From Ramazzottius varieornatus (taxonomy: Eukaryota > Animalia > Tardigrada), in contig BDGG01000002.1 in the NCBI GenBank assembly GCA_001949185.1, positions 4,330,448-4,394,447 on the forward strand: DNA of 64,000 nucleotides, given 5' to 3'. Each line of letters opens with the position of its first letter. Position 1 is the first letter of the stretch. This document shows, one piece after another, positions 13,101 to 24,600 of the stretch. The position numbers and the translations under genes were made by a program. The notes under the pieces were generated by a model that worked only from the letters and a program-made list of their open reading frames with translations, was not told the DNA's origin and ran no database searches.

Positions 13101-16003
13101 TTACGATACAACATTGATGAGCACACCACCTACCACCTCGACGAGCGGTACCACATCCATGGTAACCTTCAATACATCAGGCATAACCAGAAGTACCACC
13201 CCTACCACATACACGACACCTACCACCAGTTTAACTACCGGCGCCCGTTCGCCGTTACCTACTACAAGTAGCGCGGTGTTCGGTTACAGAAATATTATGA
13301 TCAGTGGTGGTGGTAACAGTGTCAGCATGCCGGTTATGGCTAACCGCACTTGTAGCCCACAGGGTAACCGCCAGATACAGAATGGAGTCTGTGTTTCGAG
13401 CATGCAGATTGGTGAGCGGTGTCGAGGTATCCAGATCTCGCCGAGTTTACAGTGTACGGGTGACGAGTACTGCTGCTACCAGTCTGATCCGCCACTGGAT
13501 CTTCGCCCAGGTGGCGCATGTATACCTGCAGCGAACCAGAGGATCCTCAACGGAGTTTGTGTGGACCCTGACCAGCTGAGCACAACGTGTCGAGGTGTGC
13601 AAATGTCTGCGTCGCGCAACTGCCGGAATGACCAGTTTTGTTGTTACAATACCAATGATCAGTTTGCGTGGGGATGGGGAAGCAACACTGGCATCACACA
13701 ACGGGTAGTTCGTCCACCGGGCTCGTGTAAGCCGGCGGGAGTTAGCGAAGATAGCGGCACGAGTGGCATTTGCGTCGACTTAGGTAAGCGCCAAGTCTCG
13801 TACGATGCTTCATTTAAGTGGCGCAGGGTTCGCTTTACGCAAAGCAGAAACTCTCGTTCGGCGACGACGTAATACGCCACTTGAGTGAAGCATCGTTGTT
13901 CAGCTTGGGGTCCTTTACAAATACCACTATTTACTTTTTTCAGCTGACGTCATGGTGGCATGCAAAGCCTGGCAAATTGCTCGTTCGGAGGACTGTCGCA
14001 GTATGCAATATTGTTGCTTCTCCCAAGACCAAGATACCCTGTCGCCAAAAAACGGTAACGCGGTTCCCTCCAGCGCGCAACTCGGGAACCGCGATGCCAT
14101 CCGACTTGCGCAAGTGGCCCAACAAGCTTCCTCCATCAACGACAATTATGGCGGTTACTCCAACTACTATTCGGTCGGGAGACCCGCAACTACGGCACCT
14201 GCTACCACTTCTCGTTCCACTGCCACAACCTCTAGAACCACCACGAGACCCAGAACGACACTGACACCTTTGACCAGCATCACCACGCTCCCTATGCCCA
14301 GTCGCAGTTGTCGTCCCATGAGCAACAACGCAGTCAGTAACGGTGTCTGCGTGGCGAACACCGCCATTGCACAAGCCTGTAGCGGTATCCAGGTGTCGCC
14401 TTCGCTGAGCTGTTATGCGTCCGAACTGTGCTGTTTTACTGCGCCGCCTGAAGACACCACCACGGTGTCTCCGTACCCTTCTGCCTGCAGGCCCGATACC
14501 GAAACACGTGCCACCGGTCTCTGCGTTTCGCTAAGTACCAACCCCAATGTATGTACCGGCAGAAGGATTTCCAGTTCGAAAGACTGCGCGACTAGACAGT
14601 ACTGCTGTTTCTCCATGGAAGAAACCACAAGCCAGCCCAACACAACAGTCTTTGCGACGACTGAGGTAATTTCACCCGAAGAGGATGTCACCACGACGAC
14701 GCCCCAATCGCCGAATAACCCGGAAGATGACCCGATGTACTGTCCACATCCCCAAGGGTGCTGCACAGCGGACTATGCCGATCAGGGTATGAATGGCAAA
14801 GGCATGTGCGTGGACGTGTCGCAGGTTGCGACTGCCTGTAAAGGTATCGAGATTGCCACTTCAAGGAACTGTGACATCGGCCAATTGTGCTGTTACTCGC
14901 ACCGCAACCAAAGCGTCTTTGTACCTCCTGGACCCGACACCTTAACAACGACCTCGACAAGTTCATATCTCCCTACGACTGCAACAACTCCAAGGACTAC
15001 TCCAACCACAACTTCGACAACCGCCACCACGACGTACACAACTCCCACTATCACTCGAACCACCCGAACACAGCCGACAACAACATCATCGAGAAGCACC
15101 ACCACGACTTCAACCACAACACCGAGTACCGTGACGACCGTGACCACCGTGACCACAAGAACGACCAGTACTCCGACCACTAGGAAGCCTTCTTCGAACA
15201 AGGCCTGTTTCCCAGGTAGTCACTCCTTAGCGGCCAGCCAGGGACAGTGTGTAGCTGACTGGCAGATTCCTACGGCGTGTTTAGGTCTCCAGTTATCCAG
15301 CTCTCTTGACTGCGACTACCAGGAATTCTGCTGTTACATCCCGGTCCTGATAACGACCCCGAAACCTAACCAGGAAGGCTTCTGCATACCTGACTACGCA
15401 CCGACGTTCTTCGATGGTCGTTGTGTGGATTCTTCGCAGCTCAGTGCACGGTGCGCGGGAGTGGACATTTCCCCGTCGGCCAACTGCGGGCTGTATCAGA
15501 TGTGCTGTTATAACATCAGCAGCAGTAGCACTCTTGGCACGACTGGGCCGCTTTTATATTACACAGACGCCCCAAAGACGAGTAGTCAGACACCGACATC
15601 GGTCACCAATCCGACCACAAGCAGTACAATTTCCACTACGACCAGCACAACTGACGCCGCAACAGTTGCTCCGGACTATCCGTCGTCGGAAAGTGCGACC
15701 GATAGTCCGGCCGAAAATGGCTGTATTCCAGGAACCAGTCCTAACGCTCGCGGGTTTTGTGTCGCGTTGGAGAACCTGGCCAGCCAGTGCGCGGGCATTC
15801 AGGCGTCGAATTCTAGAGGGTGCAGTTATGGTCAGATGTGTTGCTTCCGACAGCTGACAGAGATAGCCCGAGAAGGAGAGAGTAACGTGGACGCCGGAGA
15901 AGTCAGTGTAACGTCAGTACAAGGTCGATCAGACGCAAGGGTGGTACCACGGACCGCCACAGCCGTAAAGATACCGTACAGTTGGCCAAAATTTCTACGA
16001 TAG
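10158..16003 (+). CDS. Secreted mucin-like protein with about 16 tandem six-Cys modules (unnamed gene 1)
   Basis: Signal-peptide-like MWRTVVISFCYLNLLRYAATQS, then a Pro/Gln-rich N-terminus. Repeated module C-x-P-x(n)-G-x-C-x9-C-x-G-x5-S-x2-C-x5-CC-[FY] in ORFs 11142, 11896 and 13952, with Thr/Ser-rich linkers. Stop at 16003; AATAAA near 16170; no TM segment. Confidence 0.85.
13784..13920. repeat. N25-family palindrome with expanded loop (gene 1 intron)
   Basis: TTAAGTGGCGCAG ... TACGCCACTTGAG with a longer spacer. Confidence 0.65.
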
Positions 16004-16716
16004 TTGAGTTTCACTGTATAAATGTACTACTTTTCTTTGAAGTTCTCGTTACGTTTCATATAAACACTCAATAACCGTGTTATCTGCTCGACTTTTGGTT
16101 TCATCGTTCTTGTTTAGGTTTAGACCAAAGGTTGATCACTGTTGCCGGCTAACTAAGTTATACCTGCACAATAAATAGTCATTCAAGAATGGAATCAAAC
16201 TTCTCTCTCGTTATGACTGAAATTAAAGGTTAGAGTGTCGTATCTCCGGGAACATGGTAATTGATTGCAGTAAATCTTCCGACAGGGATATGGAATGCTG
16301 GACAGAACCAGTGTTTATGAGAGTAAACCGTACAGTAAGTGCTCGTACAGAAAGCGTAGAAGTGAAAATAGTCCTCGCGATGGACAGCAGACGATTTGAC
16401 GTCTATCGTCTGTAATTAGGATCCAAACAATGTCAGAATCTCTCCAATGTCAATGACATGGCCACAGGTGGTTCTTGGCCGTCGCATCTCATCATCATCC
16501 GTATTGTCATGATTGTGAGTGATTGCGGGCCTGCGTCAGCCTCGTCCCGGAAACACAATGCCCCAACGTTGAAAGATCGAAAATCAGAACTACAGATAAC
16601 ACGTATACTGCAAAACCAAAATGATTACTGCTCAGACCTAAATGTTAACTTTATCCGCGAAATTATGGAAGAACTCTGTTGAGAAGAACCCATTGCTATA
16701 GTGAGAACTAGTGGAG

Positions 16717-16813
16717 CGTTGGCGAATAATTTCAAAGTGCCGCACGTTTTCAGCTAATTACAATAAGAACGTGCGCCACTTGAGACAGCCATCCCGTTCA
16801 GCTCATTTGTCGA
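16717..16813. repeat. N25 palindrome (intergenic)
   Basis: AAGTGCCGCAC + 25 nt + GTGCGCCACTTGAGA...TCATTTGTCGAC. Confidence 0.8.
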
Positions 16814-17289
16814 CTTGACGACTTCCCAAATGACGCATCGTCAAAACAATAGTGTTATTCAATGTAACGGAGTTTATCAACGCTGAACGTAGAGCTGGAG
16901 CGTACCATCACGCTGAAAAACATTCAAGTGAAGTGTAACTGTCAAATTAGATATGCGGAAAACACTGTCAAGTCTCGCCTCCACTTTCGCTATCGTCTTG
17001 CATGATCAAGAGTCAGCCTCCGCCCTTCGAACATCATGCAGTACAGTATCGGAAGTCCGTCAAATAAAAAAAAACATTGATTATGGCGTTCGTCTTCCAA
17101 CTGCAGGAGCCTGACTACTAATGATATTCTATGTAGTGGGTGTCGAGTAATGGTCGCTACCTCACTGATCTACAAAAAAATTATGTTCGTGGTGAAGTTT
17201 CATGCTGTGTCCATTTGTCCAACTTCGCCACGCGCTAATACCAACTGTCCCACTCGTAGTCAAGTAGATAAAGTTTATGAAACACTGTT

Positions 17290-17307
17290 AGGTCAAGGTC
17301 AAGTTCA
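17290..17307 (+). promoter_or_regulatory. Candidate nuclear receptor element (three abutting half-sites; contains FTZ-F1-type TCAAGGTCA)
   Basis: AGGTCA AGGTCA AGTTCA about 1.3 kb upstream of the gene 2 ATG. Confidence 0.4.
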
Positions 17308-18638
17308 AGAATGGACAACGGACTAGATCTACACAGTACCTGTAGTACACATGTGGATGATAATCGCGCTCGCGAACTCTGAACTTTGCATCCGGGCGAC
17401 GAAGTAGAACATGCTCATGTCGTCCTCACATTGGCTCTCATCATGCTGATTCAAACAAGCGCATGACCGGCTGACAATGACACAGAAAATGTTTTACAGA
17501 AAAGCGGTAAACTGATATCGGTGAACGTGTATCACTTGAACATCAGCAGGCGACCCCGAAAAGTGGCAATTCATTACCGGCTTAAATCATCGATTACCGT
17601 CAGAGTTTCTCGCTGATGACAATGCTAAACGCTCTAAGAGGCTACAAGCTCTTCGTGACCACTGTCGACACGTCAGACCGGTCAGTTGGTAAGCCTTTGT
17701 GAAGGGCTAACCCAGAAGGTTTTCCGTACACATGAGTTGATTCGATTTCGCGATGACGTCATGGGCGGTCTTCAATGACCCTGCTTATGGGTCTTTCGCA
17801 CGCTTCCGAACTGGACCATGCAAGTGGGACGAGAAAACAACACAATCGAAGGCCGGTCCGTCTACACGGTGGGCGTTGATGGTGGAACCCAGTTAGTGTC
17901 TTTGATGTACGAAGACACGTGTATACATCGCCACCACCAGACTCATCTTCGCATCCGCTCATCAATACCTCTCTTCTCATCATGATTGCCCCGAGTGGCC
18001 AAAGAAGCAACGCCGGTGTCTAGTTTGGTCCATGGAGTCATTATCGTTGATAAATTTTGAGCATCATCGCAGTGGACATTTAAAACGGCTCAGCGTCGAA
18101 CCATGCTCGGCGCATCATCGTCGTCGGATCATTGTCCGCCCGCATCTGACAGACAAGTAAAACTTTTTCTCTTCATTGTCATAACAGTCGTCTTTACCTC
18201 CTTTTGGGGCGCCTTCTAGCGCGCAATAGCCTTGCTTCGGCATCATCAGTGGACCAAACGTGAACTCTCTCCAAACCATTAGTACTAATCATCACAAGCA
18301 ACATAATTGCGAGATGTTTATTTTGACAACATGCCTTCTGTGAACAAGTCGGTCGAGGACTAGTCGATCCGCCGCACTTCCGGCTTTGGTGCGGGCTAAT
18401 TTATTCATCAATTTTTTTATCGTCATCATTTCACGGCAATATTCTGGAATTACTGGAGAAACCAAACCTGGAAGGGTGACGCCGCGGTCGCCCGGAGCAG
18501 AGGAGTCTAAGGTTAGATAAGCTTTATACTGAGCGACACTTGCGGTCATGCTTGATCGCGTTTCATATTCGGCTAATTTACACCTGCGCTTTTGTTTCTC
18601 ACAGCCTTGGACTCTGTGCGCTTGTGACATCATCTACC

Positions 18639-21600
18639 ATGACAGCGCCCATTGTGCCTCTGGTCAAGCGGGCTTTTCAGTTCTTCCTCTTTTGCTGTAT
18701 CCTCAGTAGGAGTTTGTCTCAAAGCTTGAGGCAGCCTGGAGCCAGAGGCCAACCTGGAATACCCAGCAGCCTGAATATCGCGAGAGCGAGAAACGCTCCT
18801 GGAAATCTTACCGGTGCGCGACGCCAGCATGAAGCTCCCATATTGATGTCCTCCGGCTTACAGGCTTCCTACGCCAATAACCCGTACATGCGGTACCCAC
18901 ACACGCCCAGAATGCAAATCCGTAAGTAATCATGGCCCAACTATTGTCGGAACCACTCGGTTTTATGAAAGTTTTCTTCTACAAGATTTGGAGCTTCTTG
19001 GCCGGTCTCGATCCACCTTCATTATTTTTTCTTGTTCTTTGACTGGGGTGCTTTTTCTTTTAGAGTTTCCAGGTGCTCCGAGGCCGCCGGAGCCTCCCGC
19101 ACTAAACAGCGGCGGAGGTACAGCTGTCAACCCGTATAACTTCGGGTGGAATTTTCCCGGCAACTATCCCAACTTTGGTGGTGGGAACAACGTAGGGGGA
19201 AGCGCATATGGAAGTAACAACGTTAACACAGCGAACAACGGTTATCTCGGCTGGTCGAACAGCGGCGGTAATACGGGAGGATACGGAAGTTCAAATAACA
19301 ATGGGCAGATGACCGGAAATAGCGCTGTGAACAATTACGGTGCTCAGGGCGGCTCGAACGGCGGCTACCGACCTCAGCAAGGGCCGGGCAGTAACGCCTA
19401 CGGCAGTAACGTTCAGAATGGCTATATCGTTAATAGTCAATCACACAGCGGCGGCTACGGAGCTGGAACCTCTAGCAATTCGATTAATGGTTACGGATAC
19501 TCTTCTAACCAGCAAAGCAGCAGTTCGAACGGTGCAGGATATGGCGGCCATGGACAGGACAGCAACGCCGGATATACTGCACGACGAGCCTGTAAAGTTG
19601 ATGTGGCGCCGAGCCTCACAGGATACTGTGCACCGAGGAACCAATTGAAAAGGAAATGCGCCTATCAAACTTCGATGTTCTCGTCGGATTGTAATGGAAA
19701 GGAAATGTGTTGCGTTAATCCAGCCGGTATGGCCGGGGAGACGGACACACAGACCACACCTCTTGCTGCACCTGCCAGCACTTCAACCGCCGCAACTACG
19801 AGGACCTCGACACTTGGGTCTTCGACCACCACACCGAATCCTGCCACACGTTTCTCGTTCCAGAGACCCATGCCAGTCCAAATCGACGTCTTTGTGAACT
19901 CCCAGAACTCAGCCACTACACTGGCTCCTGTAACAACAGCGGTAAACTTAGAGAATCGAGTACAGGTGATCGCAGCGGAGTCGCCCATTACCATTGCAGA
20001 TGCTACTGCTCCACTTTTGCCTGCCACCGTGGTGGACACACTAAACGGAGTGCAAGTAACGGTGGCGGAATCCCCGATAGCGGTAGCACTGAATGTGGAC
20101 GCACCGCCTCCCTTAGTGCCGGCTCCTTTACCACCAGCCTCTGTGTCAGATATATCCAACAAAGTACTGGTAACGATCGGCGAATCACCCATTGCGATAG
20201 CGCCAGATCGTTATTGTATACCGGATATAAATCCACGAGTTACTGACGGTGTCTGCCGAAGCGCTGCCACAATCAGCACGGACTGTATGGGAATGCAGTC
20301 GTCCACTTCTTCGAACTGCTTGCCGACTGAAGCTTGCTGTTACAATATGAATCTTGGTCCGGAAGATCAGAAGCAGCTTATCCAAACGCAGGCGCCTACA
20401 ACAACAACACAGTCCACCGTACCGCCCACCACGACAGCAAGCAGCACCACACCGTCCACCACGACCAGTGTAGTTGTCCAATCTGTTACTCCTGCTCCAA
20501 CTACTCCCGCTCCTGTCCATTTCTGCAGTCCTGGAAGTTACGCTGCGATAAAGAATGGAATCTGTACTCCATCCAGCCAGATCGGACAGCAGTGTAAGGG
20601 AAAACAGATCTCGCCTTCCGTGGATTGTAACAGGAACGAATACTGCTGCTTCGTGGCGGATGCGCCTGTTGGAGGCATCGTCTTCTCCGGAGCCTGCTCG
20701 CCTTCGGATAATCCATCCATCATCAACGGACAATGTGTCGACAGGAACGATATACCTTTGGCCTGCTCCGCCTTGAGGATTTCGGTTTCTGTAAACTGTC
20801 AATACGGGCAAGTATGTTGTTATCAGAACCTACCGGAAGTGACCACCTCACGTACGACGAGGTCAACACCACGGCCCACCATACCTACCACCACGACGCA
20901 GTCTACTACTACGACCGTCACGCTAGCCACTACCACCAGAGTATTCCGGTCTTGCAAACCTGAAGATCTTCCGCACTCCATGTTTCTTTCAGACGGAGTT
21001 TGCGTTCCTCAAAGTGAGATCCGCACAGTGTGTCGAGGTATCCAACTAGGCATGTCGCTCGATTGCGGATATGGAGAGTAAGTCGCAAACAAATATGTGA
21101 ACTCCCGAACGAGAAATCTCACGAAGTTTTTCACTAGGTATTGCTGTTATGATAACCGCAACTCCAACGCCGGTGTTACGGCACCCGCCACCGTCGCTCC
21201 TGATTCCTGCACTCCGGAATCGGATCCGAGAATCCATAATGGCTTCTGCGTGGAGGAAGCAGACTTGCCCACTCGCTGCAAAGGTCTTGAAGCCTCCACC
21301 TCTTGGAATTGTAACTATCCGAGGTTCCGATACTGTTGCTTCTCTCGCACGAACTCGACAACTTCTACGACTCTCAGAACTACATCTGCCATTACGACCA
21401 GAACCACCCAAAGAACCACGACAACCCCGAGGTCCAGCACCAGAATTTCTTCCGCTTCTACAGTCTCACCCACTACGGGTAAGCGCTACTAACCATTCTT
21501 CTTTCGGTGACTTGATTCACAAACTCCTTCAGCTTTGGATGCGAAATTGAATTTTCGCGTTTTTTCCAGTATTACTGCTATTTTTGACTCTCTTCCCTGA

Positions 21601-24600
21601 CTACCAGACTGTACGAGCTAATAAAGATTCGCTGTTTAGGAGGTACGGTTCCTTACGGTCAGGCAACATCAAGCCCGTCAGGCGTTAGCATCCCAGGAAC
21701 ACCGTGCACACCACAAGGACATCCGAGCCTCGTGGACAAAGGCGCGTGCGTCTACGTAACGAATCTCAATCCAACCTGTGTCGGCCTACTAGCGGCACCC
21801 TCCACCACCTGTGGAGCGCTCGAGTACTGCTGCTTCGCAAACCTGAACCCCGTCGACATTCCATTTCCTCAAACGAATCGGCCTTGTGGGACTTCTCTGG
21901 CTGGTAAAAATGGTAACGGCAACTGTGTCGAACTGTCCACTGCTGCGGCGACCTGCGCAAGCCAAGAGATTGGTCCCTCAGGGGACTGCGGACCGGGACA
22001 GGCATGCTGTCTGTTGCCAGCGGGAATGACTTCTGGTTCTACATCATCTTCAACCACTACTCCGCGAACAAGCGCAACCACCACAGGTTCGCAGACAATC
22101 CCCAAGCTATCGGCTGTTTCATTAAGCTCTTTTCACAGAACGTACATACAGACTGCTTCCTTTTTTACAGGAGTTGTAACTGTGGGGACAACCACAGCTT
22201 TCAGCACAGACGTGACAACCGGTACAAACCCAGTATTAAAGTGGGAGGCCGGCGAACGAAACGCACGAGATAGTTATCCTGAGTGGCGCACGCTTCCGTC
22301 CAGCATCAATGGGGCCGTGAGCCACTTCGAATATCAATCTTGTTCGTTTCCGGGCGCGTTTCTTGCCTGTAGTACTTCGGGCCGTATGGCCCGAAGCTTT
22401 ACAGCCAGAAACGCAATTCCAAGAATGGCTTCGTCCGCTGATCTCTCAATTTTGTAATTTTCGTTACTGTGTCAGTCAGTCATAGATGGTTTTTCTGGTT
22501 GCAGGAACCTCGGAGACTGGACTTACGAGCTCGGCACCTTCTAGCGGGAAGCAGTGCAGTCCGCAAAACTATCCCCTGTTCCCAGATGGTCGCTGTACCT
22601 CCGTGTTCAGTCTTGCTTCACAATGTCGCGGAATCCAAGCTTCTCCAAGTATTGACTGTCCCGCATACGAATATTGCTGCTTCAGTCTGACCACGCCCAT
22701 CACAGATCGGCCAACCCTTCCCTCTGGCATGTGCTCACCTGACAATCGACTTGACATTACAAACGGCCTGTGCGTTGAAACGGTGTACTTGTCAGAGCAG
22801 TGCGCTGGTACCGACATTTCCCAATCGCAAAATTGTAGAGAAAACGAGTTCTGTTGTTATCGACAAGATGGTGAGCCTATGACTACGCGGTCACATGCGA
22901 TTACACCCACTCCAAGTGCCGCGACGAGTACCATCCGTATCACCAGTAGCAGCACCGGTGGTGGTGGCGGTGTCACTTCCGGGTCCGGCTATGTGAACCA
23001 GTACGGTAACGAAGCCAATCAAGGGCAGGATCCAAATCAACCGGATGGAAACAATCAAAATGCAGGTCAAAATCAACCGAATGCCTACTACATCTACGGC
23101 CCTGGTCAACCTGGTCTCGGACAGAACCAGCAAGTTCCTCCGACCCCACCCAATCCATTCGAAGGATGTACACCGAATTCCTCTCCCGACGCGCGCGGTG
23201 TTTGTGTCGACCAGGCGCTGATAGTGTCCAGGTGTCAGGGCAGCAGGCTATCCAGAGCACCTCAGTGCATGGCGTACCAATTCTGTTGCTTCAACGAGTC
23301 TTCATCGCAAAGCATGTCCGTAACTCCAACGACAGGACCAGCACCAACTGTGACGTCGACCTCCACGTCGTCGTATGTAACGCCGAGTTCGCAAAACATC
23401 CAGTGTACCCCGCTATCGGCTCCGGGTGTAACGAATGGCATCTGTACAGACCTGGCGCACCTATCGACGAACTGCAGGAACCTACAAGTCTCCAAATCTT
23501 TACAGTGTGCGTACGGTGAATTCTGCTGCTTCAGCTCCCAAGCGGGAGAAGAAACCACGCTACCTACTGCTGGTGGCAACGGCTACTGCATACCGAACAC
23601 TTCACCCGGTTCAACAGGTAACCGTGTGGAAGGTCGGCAATGAAACTAACCAAGATCGTGGTCTCCAGTGGCGCACGTTTTCATTTGCAGTGGTCGAGAG
23701 CGTGCGCCACTTAGGAAATTCGATCTGGGGGAAATCATTTGCCGACGATCCGTATAAAAACTTACTCGTCCTGTGTGCAGGATGGCATTCATCGTAACTT
23801 TTTGCTCTTCTAGGGACTTGTGTGGACCTTCCGAATATCTCGGCCAAGTGCCAAGGCCAACAGCTGTCTAGGTCTTCACAGTGCAGTCCCCAACAGTTCT
23901 GTTGCTTCACATCCGCTCAAGCGACCACTCCTTACCCCACAATGACCAGCACCCCTTCCACAGATGCCTCTACTAACCAGCAGTGCACACCCAACACCGC
24001 ACCCGATGTAAACAACGGCAGATGCGTGACGCTCGACCAGATTTCCTCCTGTCAAGGTATGAGGATAAGCAAATCCAGCCAGTGCCAGCAGGCTCAGTAC
24101 TGCTGTTTCACAACAAACCAAGGACCTGCCACGGGCACCACCACCACCACAACTGAAGCGTCCGTGACAGCGCTAACCACCACCTCGACGACTCCTCCTC
24201 TTACTACTTCTAACCCCAGCAGCACTGGTGCCGGACCGACCAAGTACCCTGACTTGAACGCGTCGGCGTTGCCCGAGAACCCATTTGGTCTTTGTGTTCC
24301 ACTCACCGACACCTCAGCGTCGGGTCGCTGCGTCGATAGCGCACAGATATCCGCGCAGTGTCAAGGTAAATCTGAGACATTTGAAACGTAGAAACGGGAC
24401 TAGGATTTATTAGTATTTTATAACTCCTCTGTTGACTGAACTGATTATGAAGGTACTCATATAAGCGACACCTACCGACTAGGGCAAGTTGACATTTTTC
24501 TGCAGGTGGTCGTCTATCACGGTCTTCGCAGTGTATGCCATACCAATACTGCTGCTTCGGACAACCACCAACCGCTCCAACCGTCCCTCCATCCACCACA

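Noticed and set aside
14893-15201. Val-rich minus-strand ORF and similar antisense ORFs over the Cys-repeat genes
   Set aside because: These are shadows of Thr-rich ACN codons on the + strand.
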